From the human T2T-CHM13v2.0 reference genome, Homo sapiens, in the NCBI RefSeq assembly GCF_009914755.1, contig NC_060925.1: a stretch of DNA of 64,000 bases; one strand, written 5' to 3'. The notes beneath the pieces were generated by a model. The model saw only the letters and a program-made list of their open reading frames with translations, did no database searches and was not told the origin of the DNA. The position numbers and the translations under genes are program-made. Position 1 is the first letter of the stretch, and each line of letters starts with the position of its first letter. Of the stretch, positions 26,063 to 42,793 are shown in pieces.

Positions 26063-28575
26063 AGGAATCCCTCCAGCATGGCAGCTGAAAGGACCACCCT
26101 ACCCACCTGGTCAGCAGCAGATGCCCAGCAACCCCACCTGCCAAGCCCCCGCTGTCTCTGCACACCACAGTGGAGCCTTGAGGCTGCCTGGAAAAAATAG
26201 GGAATGTTCTCACCCCTCTTCCCATCCCAGCTGCCAGCTGGCCACAGCCTTGGGAGTTCATACTTGCTTACTTGCTTCTTGACCAGAGCTGAACTCTAAG
26301 CCATTTGCTGCTTCTGCTGTGTGTGGGGAGGGATGGGCAGTGGGCAGCAGGTCCTGACTGGCTGTGCCGTGTCTGGAGGCCAAGTCTGGCCCTGCTGGTT
26401 CACTGATAAGCCCCGGCAAGGGTGGCAGAGCTCATGTGGCAGGTGCCTGAGGGGCTGGGATCTAGGGAGGACTGGTCAGTTCCATGCCCCGCTGGCCTGA
26501 GCTTGCATCCTGTGCTTTCCAGGCAGGCTTAGATGCCCCTTCAGGCCTCTTTCTCAGTCTGCCAGGCAGAGTGACTCCGAGGCTACCAGGCCCAGTGCCC
26601 CAGCTGTGTTTCTTTCCCACGAATTGGGCTTTAACTCCAAAGTTCTCCCCATCACCTCCTGCTCCACTGCCCATTCAAGCAGCTTAGGTAGGTGGTATTT
26701 GCTCACAGGGCCTCAGTCTCCCCACCTGTAAAAGGGACACAATGGTCCTTGCCTCTTTCTAGATTTGAGAGAATAACTCAGTTCCTGTGAAAGGAGGAGA
26801 GGGAGGGGTCCTGGATTCAAGCCCCCATCACTAGCGATGCAGCCCTGGGCAACCCACTTCCCTCTCAGAGCCTCAGCTTCCTGCCTCTTCAGAGGCAGCT
26901 TCCCTCCGAGAGGGGGACAGGGATGGAATGTGACTCCTGCATGCTGGAAAAGATCAAATTCTGGGGAGCTGCCCCAGTTGCTCTTTCCTCCTCTTGTTTT
27001 CCTGGTTCCAGGAGCCAGAAGCTGATGAGGAAACCAGTAAGTATGCAAATTCTGGCACTATTGGGAAATGATCCTGGGGAGCTCACAGAGGACAGCCTCC
27101 CACCTGCCCTCCCCCACCCCCCCACAGGCCCCCCAACCTTGCCCTTGGGCTCTCACCAGCAGGGGCCGAACCCTGAGTTTTATTGCGAGTTCTGTCTCGC
27201 ACACATGGGTTAACCCCTCTTGGAGTGAAGCCAGGGTGACTATGGCCAATCTGTCCTCAGAAAACCTCCAGCCTCCCTAGCAGAGAGCAAACGAGCCCAC
27301 AATGGGATGAAAGATCCCTGCTCTGGATGTCTCAGCCCAGTCCCCATCCCACTTCTCTAGAGTGGGGGAAACTCAGGAGTCCCCAAAGACCTGGGACCTA
27401 AGCTAGGAGCAGAACTTTAGAGGTCCGGGGGAGCAGCTCTCCAATCCCCCCCTCCCCGCCAGTGCTGCTCACACCCCCCTCGTTGTAGTCTCCTGCAGGG
27501 GGGGACAGGTGGTGTCTGGGAAGGGGCCAGTACTCCTCACCGCAGCTGCCACTTCCCTCATCTTCCCCCAGCAAAGCTCTCAGCCCTCCCTTCCCCATGC
27601 CTCCTGGAAAAGCCAGCATTTGTCTTCTGTACACAGAAGGGAAAGACCCTAGCCCTGAGGGAGGTGCTGGGCAGGCATCTACCAAGACAAGAGTGAGTGA
27701 GCAGCAGAGAAAGTGGGACTTGGGGGGCACATATCTCTAGGAGCTGCAGGGAAGGAAGTGGTGCAATCAGCCTCAGCCCTGGGCCCAGCTGGTCCCTAGA
27801 GGACGCTTCCCCAAAAGAAGGCAGCCCAAGGACCCTAGCACTTTTGTCCCAGGGCTTCTCAAACTTCTGGCTTTTTTTTTTTCTTGGACCATAGCAGAGT
27901 GGGTGGAGTAGAGGGTGGCAAGGGCCTGTTCTGGGGACCTCCCAGTTCATGGGAAGGGTGTGGGAGATTTGCCTGAAAGAGGCAGGAAGTAGGGCCCTAC
28001 AACTAAGGAAACCCAAGCCATCCCAGGCCATGGCATGTAAATCCTTCCAGCTAGTTCCTGAAGGGGAAGAGGCCCTAGGCTGTCATCCTGAGGTGTGGCC
28101 TTGTTAAGCTCCTCTCAAGGCAGCTGCTGGTGATCTTCAACTGCTCATCCATTTAAGAGATGTCAGCAAAACGAGGTGGGAGGAAAGGATCAGGCGCCCC
28201 ACCCCACACTAAGTTGGGCACATTGCTGGGAGGTCAAGTCACTGGGAATGGTGCAAAGGCTCTAATTCTGGCTGCTCGTGGGCTGCTTGTGGGGCCGTGC
28301 CTGCCACCTGCCGGTGCTTCCTGGTACTGCTACCCATGGAGCAGGGGCCTGCCCACCAGCTCTGGCCTGGAAATGAAGGGCCTAGACACAAAGATCTTCC
28401 AGCAGGATCTGAAAACAATAATTTAAGGAGAATAACATGGGAAGTAAAGTGCTAAGCCAAAAACAGGGAATTCTTAATGGCATTTGCAGCTCCGCCCTGG
28501 AAAGAAACACCAGAGGTCACTGTCATGCCTTCTACAAAGTCTAAAGCTCTAGAAACTTTCAACTGTTCCAGGTAA

Positions 28576-28857
<282 letters not shown>

Positions 28858-29699
28858 TGAACTCCTGGGTTCAAAGCAAATCCAACCACCACAGCCTCCC
28901 AAGGTGCTGGGATTTTATAGTCATGAGCCAACACACCCAGCTATTTTTTTATGTTTGTTGTTTTTTTCAAGGAATCTTTTTTTAGAGACAAAGTCACTCT
29001 GTCACCCAGACTGGAGTGCAGTGGCATGACCACAGCTAACTGCTGCCTCGACTTCCAGGGCTTAAGTGATCCTCCCACACCACAACACCTGGCTAATTTA
29101 TTTTTTGTAGAAACAGGGTCTTACTTTGTTGCCCAGGCTAGTCTTGAACTCCTGGGCTCAAGCGATCCTCCCATCATGGCCTCCCACCATCCTCCTGCCT
29201 TGGCCTCCCAAAGTGCTGGGATTACAGGCATGAGCCAGCATGCCTGGCCTCACTGCTGAGAATTTACCCTACAAGTACTCTTACTTGCAAAATTATGCAT
29301 CTAGGGCTATTTAATCTGACAGTGTCTGAAACAGCAAAAGATGGGAAACAATATTAATGCAATCAACAGAGGACTGATTAAGTAAACTTTGGTATACACA
29401 CGCAACAGAATATAAAGTAGCCAATAAAAATAACGAGGCAGTTGTACACATGGAATGTTTTCTGTGCTAGACTGCTAGATGAAAAAAGCAAGGAGAGAAC
29501 AGTATACACAGTATGCTACCATTTCTGTGAACAGACACATGCATGTGTGCCTACTGCTCATACACGTACAAAGGTCCTCAGGAAGGACATAATGGAACTC
29601 TGGGGTTGCCTCTGGGAAAGGGAACTGATAGCTGAGGGACAGGAGCACTTCCTTTACCCTGAATATACTTCAGTGCCATTTGAGCACATGCTATTTGCA

Positions 29700-30513
<814 letters not shown>

Positions 30514-31666
30514 CATGTATTCAAATTAATTAAATATTTTAAAGTCCTCCCATCCCCACACCCAGGATACAGAAATAAGTTATCAGGGTGGGGGTTGGGA
30601 GCTGAGGAGGGGGCTAGGGGTCTCCAAAGTTTATTTTCTGTACACAAACAGTAAAAACTTGAAGCATATACACCTCCAACATGTATATGCTGTTAAACTA
30701 TGATAACTGCCACTTTTACAGATCAAAAACAATTATCAGCAGTTTATTGTGGTTCAACCTTTTATTTATAAATTAATGACCTACATGTACTAATGAACTA
30801 ATATTGATGTATATTTGATGTATATATATAAAATACATCCAAAGTGAGAAACTAAATAAGGCTGAGCCTCAAAATGAATATAAATCAAAGGCCTAATCTT
30901 TTCTTCCCACCCCCACCCAGCCATCCTGTGTGCCCTCTTCCCCTTGGAGGCCACTGCCCTAAGTGAGGATCAGCATCGACTCCACCACAGCCCACTTTAG
31001 TGGTGACAACTTTTAATCCACGGAAGCAGTTTTTCAAAGTGAAAACTGTTTCAAATCACGAAGCTTACCACTTAGACAATTCAGACAAGGTAATGCTCAT
31101 TTAGACTGACACAGGTATGAAAATTCCAATCCCTTCTTTTCACTATCATTGTATCTGACACACACATCACCTTCCTAGGCACTATGACACTATCCTGGGA
31201 GAAGCAAATGTGTACAAAGAAGCACAATCCTGCTCTCTCCCCACACTTCACATAAACCAGTATAGTCCCCCTGTAGTCAAGGCTTCAGATGTCAATTTTC
31301 TGTTGGAGACAGCGTCTTGCTACGTTACTCAGGCTGAAGTGCAGTGGCCATTCACAGAAATGATCATAGCATACTGTAGCCTTGAACTTCTGGCTTCAAG
31401 CGATCCTGCTGCCTCTAAGCCTCCCAAGCAGCTGGGACTAAAGGTGCATATCACCATGCCCAGCTTGATGTGAATTTTTAAGCAATAATGCCTCATTAGG
31501 CCGGGTGCAGTGGCTCACGCCTGTAATCCTAGCACTTTGGGAGGCTGAGGCAGGTGGATTACGAAGTCAGGAGTTTGAGTCCAGCCTGGCCAATATGGTG
31601 AAACCCGGTCTCTATTGAAAATAAAAAAAAACTAGCTGGGTGTGGTAGCACGCGCCTGTAGTCTCA

Positions 31667-31807
<141 letters not shown>

Positions 31808-32452
31808 TCATTAATTTGGAGTAAGGTTGGGGGGCATAGAAGACAGAATAAATGCAAAAACTAAGTCACAGAGTGTTTCAAGCTTAGGCTCTTTAACTTT
31901 CAAGCTTAGACTATTTATCGCTCATTTTAATTATCTTCTTTACTGCACAGGTCAAGATGTCAAGAATACTCTATATTGCCAGGTGCCAGGGCTCATGCCT
32001 GTAATCCCAGCACTTTGGGAGGCTGAGGTGGGTGGATTACCTGAGGTCAGGAGTTCGAGACCAGCCTGCCCATCATGGCAAAACCCCATCTCCACTAAAA
32101 ATACAAAACTTAGATGGGCATGGTGGTGCATGCCTGTAGTCCCAGCTACTGGGGAGGCTGAGGCAGGAGAATTGCTTGATACCTATAATCCCAGCACTTT
32201 GGGAGGCCAAGGCAGAAGGACTGCTTGAGGCCAGGAGGACTGCTTGAGGCCAGCCTGGGCAACATAGCAAGAAGCCATCATTACAAAATAAAAATGTTTT
32301 AAATTAGCTGGGAATGGTGGCATGCACCTATAGTCCCAGGTACTAGTAAGGCTGAAGCAGGAAGATGGCTTGACCCCAGAAGTTCGAGGCTGCACTGAGC
32401 TTTGATCAGGCCGCTGCACTCCAGCCTGGGTGACAGAGCAAGATCCTGTCAA

Positions 32453-32487
<35 letters not shown>

Positions 32488-32763
32488 AATATATAAATAC
32501 TTAAATAATCTTTTTAAGAGCAGTACTATTCTGTCTCCAGCAATGTCAAACTATGAGAGTCAAAAATATTTTAAGGTCTGCTGTGTGCTTTCCTCAGAGG
32601 GAAGGAAACTAGGCATCCCACTGCAGTTTCATAAATACGTAAATAATCTTTTTAAGAGCAGTACTATTCTTTCTTTTTTTTTTTTTTTTTGACAGAGTCT
32701 CGCTCTGTCGCCCAGGCTGCTGGAGTGCAGTGGCGCAACAGAGCAGTACTATTCCATCTCTAG

Positions 32764-33066
<303 letters not shown>

Positions 33067-33592
33067 TGAGCCACCGCACCCAGCCCAAGAGTCAAAAATA
33101 TTTTAAGGTCTGCTGTGTGCTTTCCCCAAAAGGAAGGAAACTGTAGGCATCCCACTCCTCCCTCCCAGCAAAGGAGACCAACAGACAAAAAATACAGAAT
33201 GCTTCTAGGATTTTTTTTTTTAAGGAATAATCTAAATATAAGAAACTATTTCCTTAAAAATCCTGACACTGGAGTTCTGCTACCAAAGACACAGTCAAAG
33301 ATCTAAATAGCCAGAGTCAAAAAAAAAAAAAAAAAAAAACCCACAAAAGTTTATTTGAGAACAAGAGTGAAAGCTTTTGCACATCTGACAAGGTAGACTT
33401 GTTTTACAGTAGATGCCATCCATATTCAGCCCTACCAATACTATCACAAATGAAACATACTATTTCTTACAAAGATATAGGCATAAGTCAAGGACTATGA
33501 CTAACTAGAGTGAAAGGAAAGGTTAGACCCCAAATCTTATCCCTTAGACCAATCATAACATAGGATGTAAATTAAACCATTCAGTCTTCTAA

Positions 33593-33745
33593 TGTAGTGG
33601 TTCTCAACCTGGCTTCTTATCAGAATCCCAGGAACTCTTTTAAAGAAATTCCCAATAACTAGGCTGTACCCCAGTCTCTAGGGATGGGATCCAGGCATGA
33701 GTATTTTAAAGCTTCTCAGGTGATTCCAATGTGCAGCCAGACCCT
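33593..33745 (+). mobile_element. MER5A-like hAT element inside the MEAF6 3'UTR
   Basis: AGTGGTTCTCAACCT...CAGGTGATTCCAATGTGCAGCCA. Confidence 0.65.
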
Positions 33746-34526
33746 GTCGCAAGTTCACCACAGCACTAGAGGCAGGTAACGATTACTAGCAGATTCCTCA
33801 GCCCCAACAAGCCCTCCAAGAAAGGGAGACCTGGTGGGCAACACTGGCTCTCACTGATGCTATCCTTTCACTCCACTTAAGAACGACATAAGTTATCACT
33901 TTTGGTATAATTTTGAGACTTTCCATATGCCATGGTGATTTTTAGAGCAATATTTAATCAGGTGAATACCAGCAAAGAGAGAAAATACAGAAAAAGAAAT
34001 TTCCATAAGGCATGATATGAATAAATAAGTGAAAAAACAATCTCGGGTTTAAAAGTAAAGCATGAGAATTTGAAGCCTGTGAAATTTTATTTATACAAAA
34101 GAATAAAAAGTTATTTAAAAAGAACTGATTTAAACTTATGTTTTTCCATTTTTCCTGTTCCTTGAACATGAATCTACTACCAACTCAGAAAGATTTAAGA
34201 TAGGTAATTACTAAACACTCTTTACCTCCCCTTGCAAAAAACAGAGGCAAGTTTCCCATTTTACTTATGATAAACCAGATTATTTTCAGTTATGAATATT
34301 GGCAACTGCATGAAAGAGATGATCAGATATGTCAGCAGGAAAGTATGAGCTGTACAAAGGCATTACAAAAAAACCCCAAAGAAAATAAGATAAAAACAAC
34401 AAGAGAAAAACAAGAAAACATAAAACAATATAAGAAAATGCCAGATATTTACAGCCTCCATCTGAAATGTGACTTGTGTTCTACTTTCAGCATAAAACAA
34501 AACCAGAGAACATTTCTTGAAGGGTA

Positions 34527-34572
34527 TCACAGATGAAGCTGGTGCCAGCCAGTTTTGGGGGAGACATTCATT
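34527..34572 (-). CDS. MEAF6: MEAF6 alternative distal acceptor in the last exon giving C-terminus MNVSPKTGWHQLHL (192-aa isoform when joined to exon 5)
   Basis: CCCTTCTTAG|A acceptor in phase with the exon 5 donor; open to TGA. Confidence 0.65.
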
Positions 34573-34856
34573 CTAAGAAGGGAGAAACGCACAGTTAGCA
34601 ACTTGCCGGGATTACAACATTGTCTTGATCTTCCTGCAGTTCTGTTACTAAAAATCACATAAAGTAAGACCCAATGTCTTACAGAAATGACTTGTTTGTC
34701 ACCACATTTAGAACAAACTACTCAAAGTCACAGGCACTGGGTCTGGGAGAGCAGAGGTGGATGGCCACGAACTCAGGTGAAGGATGTTTATCTTTGTGAG
34801 GTCAGAGAAGGGAAGCAGGGCTCTACAGCCTGGAAGCTTCTGCACTAATGTGTCTT

Positions 34857-34865
34857 CTAATAGTC
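34857..34865 (-). CDS. MEAF6: MEAF6 last exon coding part (DY-stop); 191-aa isoform
   Basis: tttAG|GAC TAT TAG; exons without the microexon sum to 576 nt = 191 aa + stop. Confidence 0.9.
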   Translation of the reverse strand, partial: DY

Positions 34866-35110
34866 CTAAAGAAAGAAAAACAAAAGTCCCAACTTACTCT
34901 CGGCAGAACAGTTGTTTGACCCTAAAGGAAAAAAAAAATCTCATAAACAACTCTACTAGGGGACTGCTCTATAGCTAAAGATTATATTTCAGGCCAGGCA
35001 CAGTGGCTCACACCTGTAATCCCAGCACTTTGGGAAGCCGAGGCAGGGAGATCACGAGGTCAGGAGTTCGAGACCAGCCTGGCCAGCATAGTGAAACCCC
35101 GTCTCTACTA

Positions 35111-35407
<297 letters not shown>

Positions 35408-35410
35408 TTA

Positions 35411-35584
<174 letters not shown>

Positions 35585-35982
35585 TCACACACACAAAAAA
35601 AAAATTTAAAAAAAGATTCTATTCCAAATATAATGTACAATATTTCACATCTGAAAATGGTCTGCCTTCTGAGTCCATAAAGGGATTGAAACATCAATTT
35701 TGCTCTTATTAGAGCACCTGAATTCACCAGTCCAAAAAAAAAAAGAGCTAGTATTAACAATTTATTATTTAATTAAAGGGAATTTTTCATCATTAAAAAT
35801 GTATGTGACCGGCCGGGTGCGGTGGCTCACGCCTGTAATCCCAGCACTTTGGGAGGCTGAGGCGGGTGGATCACGAGGTCAGGAGTTTGAGACCAGCATG
35901 ACCAACATGGTGAAACCCTGTCTCTACTAAAATACAAAAACTAGCTGGGCATGGTGGCACGCACTGTAATCCCAGCTACTCA

Positions 35983-36522
<540 letters not shown>

Positions 36523-36637
36523 TTAAATCAAGAGTTATGACTCCAGGTTAGGAACACTCAAGCTCTGAAGACAAATACATTTTTCTAATCATCTACAAAA
36601 TTGCCAGCCTCTCTGAAGTGGTCCGGCTGATACTTAC

Positions 36638-36671
36638 AGCTCGTGGTTTTTTGTTTAACTTCAGATCAATC
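36638..36671 (-). CDS. MEAF6: MEAF6 exon 7 (IDLKLNKKPRA)
   Basis: cacAG| acceptor, |GTAAGT donor, 34 nt. Confidence 0.92.
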
Positions 36672-37459
36672 CTGTGACAGAAAAGATAAAAGATATTTCC
36701 ATTTTAATTTACAGAAAATGGGTCCCACAATCAGCTACTGCATAGGGCATAAGCTATAACAAAGACTATTTGGTTAAGAAAAATCCACATTCTTCATTAG
36801 ACTATGTCATATTTAGTTGTTTACCCAGATATTATCAAGCAAGTATTAAAAATTATGAGCACACATTTTTGCCCTAAGGCAAACTTAGCTGACTCTAAAA
36901 AGAAATGTATACAGCAGCTACAAAAGCCATATAATTTTAAAACAATTCCAAAACTACATGTTAAAAAGACTGAAGTAAGAGGGCATGCTCTATGTTAATG
37001 TGTTAGTTCTGTAACTATATCACTGAAAATTACTGAGACACATGGTGATTAACAACAGGAAAGAGACTAGGAGTTTGTATTTCTGAACACGAAACACAAA
37101 ATAAATTAAATTAATTTCAATTTTTAAATCTTTCCAAAGCAAAATATCAAGATCTTAAGCTATTATTCTCCTTATGAAGCAAAGCCAGAAAATCAATTTA
37201 AATATGAGTTAAAGTAAAGGTTATCTATTTTAAAAGAAATTAAAATGCATAAAAGTGAAGTTTACTTAATTTTGCTTAAGTTATTAAATAAAATGTTACC
37301 TCCATCACGTTTTTCTGTTTTTAAAAAAAACTTCCCAGCCTAACCTAATATACATACCTACAATTAAACAGATAAACTATGGGTTAGAAAGGTCTCAAAA
37401 AGGCATACTGGTGTCTACACACTAAACACAGCACAAATACTAATTCAAATCAAACTTAC

Positions 37460-37489
37460 TCAAAGTCATAATCAAACATGCCAGACGGG
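37460..37489 (-). CDS. MEAF6: MEAF6 alternative 30-nt microexon (exon 6; SPSGMFDYDFE; 201-aa isoform)
   Basis: ctcAG| acceptor, GA|GTAAGT donor, frame-preserving phase 2-2. Confidence 0.85.
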
Positions 37490-38359
37490 CTGAGGGGCAG
37501 CATTTGAAAGGAAGAAAGCAATAGAAATTAATATACTAATTGAATAAATTAGTCGATTAGCCACCCTAGCAAGAATTGTAGAAACAAAATCAGCTTTAAG
37601 AATCTTAAGCAACAAAGTATCAAACATCAAAGCACCAAAGATTTTGTGGTCAGAAGATTCCCTTCCTTCAATGGATTTCATATCAGAAGACTAGACTATG
37701 AAAGAAAAAGTTATTTCATTAGAAAACTCAGACACCTGGAGCCCTTTTATTAGCTGCCAAATTCGGAGTTAGAACTTTTAAAATATTTAATTGTATTGAA
37801 AAATATAATTAGGGCATTAGAAGAAACAGAGAAAGAAAGGTTTAGTTATATAATGAAAGGCACTTTGAAGAGAGTGCTAACAACTCAGCATAATATACTT
37901 TCACTAAAATAAAAAACTACAACACAGTCTAAACTTTAAAAAAGGAAAACATTTCACAAATTTTTACTCAAGTTATATGGGTTTGTTTGTTTGTTTGTTT
38001 GTTTGAAACGGAGTCTCGCTCTGGCACCCAGGCTGGAGTGCAGGGGCGGCGATCTTGGCTCACTGCAAGCTCTGCCTCCCGGGTTCACGCCATTCTCCTG
38101 CCTCAGCCTCCCTCAAGTTATATGTTCTAAACATGTCCAGGGAACACCATGCTCCTTTTCTACAGCATTCATCCTAAAAGCCCAAAGTTGAATGAATAAA
38201 CTTCAGTGGTGGAACCTTGTTCCAGAAAATGAAGAACAGTATTGCTCTGCCACCTAAGTAGGTGATGGCAATTAACTGTCTATATCAGGGCTATAATTAA
38301 GAAACACAAAAGTCTGCAGCACCCGTATTTATTTATTTATTTATTTATTTATTTTTTGA

Positions 38360-38494
<135 letters not shown>

Positions 38495-39154
38495 TAGGTC
38501 CAGCTAATTTTTGTATTTTTAGTAGAGACAGGGTTTCACCATGTTGGCCAAGCTGGTCTCGAACTCCTGACCTCAGGTGATCCATCTGCCTCGGCCCCCT
38601 AAAGTGCTGGGATTACAGGCATGAGCCACTGCACCCAGCCTGCAGCACCCCTATTAAAACAAGGGAAAGCTGCCATCCACAAGCACCCAAGTCTCAGGGA
38701 TCTGGAAGGAGCAGTACAGAGAAGGAGACCATTTTGTGCCATCACCACTAGCAGGCCATGATCTGGGCAGGCCTCCAAAGCAAACATTAACCTGGAGCAT
38801 GACACCTGCTCCTTCACCGGCTCCAACACCTTCCAGACTAAAACAATAAGCAAATGGCTACATTTAGGTGCTAAAACAATATGCAAATGGCTACATTTCC
38901 TCCTAGACAATGTTTGCAAGAGTAAAGCTGGAAGAAAGCTTAATGTCAATATCTCTCACAAAATAGTTTCACTTTAGACATTTGGGAGAGTATACAGTAG
39001 GTGTATGAAACTAGGAATTATCAAATATTTCACTTTCAGCCTGACTTGACTTTGTTCACAAATCAAAATAGACTGTATCTAGTTAATCAAAACTTTACAG
39101 ACTATCTAAAGTAATTTTTTATAGTAACAGAAACTTATAAGAGTAGCTATGTTA

Positions 39155-39198
<44 letters not shown>

Positions 39199-41685
39199 TA
39201 CTGAGACAGGGTCTTCCTCTGTCACCCAGGATGAAGTGCAGTAGCTCACTGAAGCTTCAACCTCCTGGGCTCAAGCAATCCTCCAGCCTCATCTCATCTT
39301 TCCAAGTAGCTGAGACTACAGGCATGCCATCACGTCCAGTTAATTACTGTGTTTTTTTGTAGAGACGGGAGTCTCGCCATGTTGCCCCCGGCTGGTCTCG
39401 AACTCCTAGACTCAAGTGATCCCTCCACCTCAGCCTCCCAAATTGCTGGAATTACAGGTATGAGCCACACCACCTGGCCACTATATGGTATTATTTCAAC
39501 TTTTTCTTTAAAGATACCAGGAATGACATACTGTTCAGGTATCATGTAAAATATAAGAATTCAGAACAATGTGATCACTTATGGATGCTAAAAATTATTT
39601 GATAAATTTTTATATTCTGGCGGGGTGTGGTGTGGTTCATGCCTGTAAACCCAGCACTTTGGGAGGCCGAGGCAGGAGGATCAAGCCTAGGAGTTCAAGA
39701 CCAGCCTGTGCAGCATGGCAAAACCCCATCTCTACAAAACAATACAGAAACTAGCTAGGCATGGTGGCACATGCCTGTACTCCCAGCTACTTAGGAGGAT
39801 GAGGTGGGAGGATTGCCTGAGCCCAGGAGGTCAAAGCTGCAATGACCCATGATCTCACCACTGCACTCCAGCCTGGGCAATCCAGCAAGACCTTGTTTCA
39901 AGAAAAAAAAAAATTTCATATTCCTGAAGAGGGCAAATTCAAGTTATTTCCTTTTGCTTAAGTGCCATATTTATTTCCACCTTTGCTCACCACTAAACAG
40001 TGTCTGGCACACAGTAAGTACTCAAACATTTGCTGAAATAATTTATTATTGACTCATCTCACTATATGGGGTATGGCACACTGGAGGATAAACATGTACT
40101 ATACTGGGTACAAACTTAACAATGTACATAGACACCATGCTCTGTCCCCACCCCAATCTGCCAGCCCTACTGAGATATCAGTCAGCAGTAGTAAGGGACT
40201 TGGAGCAGACACAATTCCTGACTAAAGATGGCAGGAGTCCAAGAGCCTTAACTGACCGCTCGTGTGCCATTCAGGCACACTGAATTTTGCTTCCCTAGAA
40301 AGGAAACAAATCAGCTTCACTCTCCTTTCTTGGGGCAGATGAGTGCCTAAGGCCAAGGGAGATCAGCCAGATATTAAATCAGAGGGAAGACAAAAGGACA
40401 GCAATAAAAAGCAGGATTCTGCTTTCCAAACAGAAAACACTATTTGCGAAGCAGTAACTAATATCGAAGATTTTTACAACTACTACTATTTTTCTGGAAG
40501 GAGATAGCTCCTAGGATAGGAAGAAGTATTGTTCCTATGGAAATGTGCTAGAAACTTGCAAGAAGAAAATGAAGTTTAGCTCCTCTTTAACTCCTTTTTA
40601 TCAGTCACCAGCTAATAACATCATTAGTGGAAATGAAGAACTACCTGAAATAAACAGCTATCTACAGACTATTAATCAGTAATGGGAAAAAGTCCCCGAA
40701 ACTTTCAAAGAGTTTCCTCCCTACTCTAGACACTATGAAATAAGAAAATAATCACTACTTTAAAATGACACTAGGCCAGACACCGTGGCTCATGCCAGTA
40801 ATCCCAGCACTTTGGGAGGCCGAGGCAGGTGGATCACCTGAGGCCAGTAGTTCACACCAACACAGTGAAACGTGTCTCTACTAAAAATACAAAAATTAGC
40901 TGGGCACAGTGGTGCACGCCTGTAATCCCAGCTACTCAGGAGGCTGAGGCAGGAGAATCGTTTGAACCCAGGAAGCAGAGGCTGCAGGGGCTGAGATCGT
41001 GCCACTGCACTCCAGCCTGGGTGACAGAGCAAGACTCTGTCTGAAAAAAATAAAAAATTAAAAAAAAATGACACTGGAGTAAATTTAATAAAAGCAATAC
41101 AGAGCATGACATTTAATTATCTTGACAATTAAAAAAATTTTTAAGAATATATTTCTCTGTTATTCGTGATAAGCTAGCACCAGTCTTACTACAGTTGGTC
41201 AAATAACCTATAGCCTTTCAAAAATATATGAAGAGGTAGATATACAATTTTTGCTAATTCTTACTACAGTTATGCGATTAGGATGGTGACTTCTGGTTTG
41301 CAGAAAAATGTTAAGCAGCAGTCCTCAGTCATTATTTGAAGGAAATACTATTTCTGCAGTCTAGAAAACACCATTACCATCAACAAGAAAAACTCTTAAA
41401 ATAATTGAAGAACCAGCTGACGCCAATCAAGGAGGTTCAAATCAGGTAGAGTTAATCCTACATTACCCCCAGGCACTGTCATATCCATGAAGCTAACAAG
41501 TTTAATACCTTGGGTGCATGAAGGAATACCCTACAGATTTGTAAACCAAATCCAGAAGCAAACTGGAGAACAGGGAATGCCACCCATCCCTTGCATTGCC
41601 CCCTTTCACCTGCTCAGCACGCAGTCTTCCAGGAGGAGTAGAACGAATGTACAGTTTCTAGAATGAGAACTCTTACCCTGGCTTC

Positions 41686-41745
41686 GGAACTTCTAGGAGG
41701 CATGGAAACAGGTATGTATAGGGTCTCCATTTCTCCTGGAAGGCT
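41686..41745 (-). ncRNA. MIR5581: MIR5581 hairpin in MEAF6 intron 5
   Basis: Minus strand AGCCTTCCAGGAGAAATGGAGA...TTCCATGCCTCCTAGAAGTTCC folds into a 60-nt hairpin; recognised from memory. Confidence 0.75.
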
Positions 41746-42520
41746 TGAGGCCAGCAAAACTCCTTACTCTAGAAACCGGACATTATACTCTTTAGGTCAA
41801 GCTGCATAATTTCCAATTATCTGAGTTAACAATCCCCAGCATGATCATACAAACCCCAGGCAGAGTGAATGCTGAAACCCTCTCTGGGTGACACCTGGCC
41901 TCTCTGTCCACTGACGTCATTCCTATCTCATTATGTACTGCAAAAAAACATGGTGCACCAATGTTACACGTTACCTATGAAGACACTCTCATATTTTACA
42001 GGCTTTATACTGTTCCTCCAGTATCTGAAGTCAGCATATTGCTGAGAAATACAGAAACAGAAAAATCACAAGCAATAAAAAAAACTTGTATTTAAAGAGA
42101 AAAAAAGGCATGTCAAATCAGTTCTCTCCATCCACAAAGAAATAAGAGTAGGCAAAGATCAGAATTACCAGCAGAAGACTTTATCCCACTTTACAGCTTC
42201 CCAATAAGTACCAGTGGCATTTTTCAAATACTATTACACAGATTCCATTTCTATTTCTCCTTTTCCTCTTCTAAAAGTATTCCATATTCACCATATGAAA
42301 CAAGGTTTTTATGGAATAAAACTATTCTACACTAGAAACAGTGAGAAGAATGTCCTGGAGTCTTCCTTGAGGGTTACTCTAATGCCCACCAATTCCTCCC
42401 TTTGAGCAAATTAGCCCGTTCACTTGGACCTAATGACTTTCTTGCCATCAGCAACAGAAAGAGTCTGCAGCAATCCTAAAGAGTTTTTATTCTAGGCAAT
42501 TCCCTTCACAGCAATGGTCA

Positions 42521-42793
<273 letters not shown>

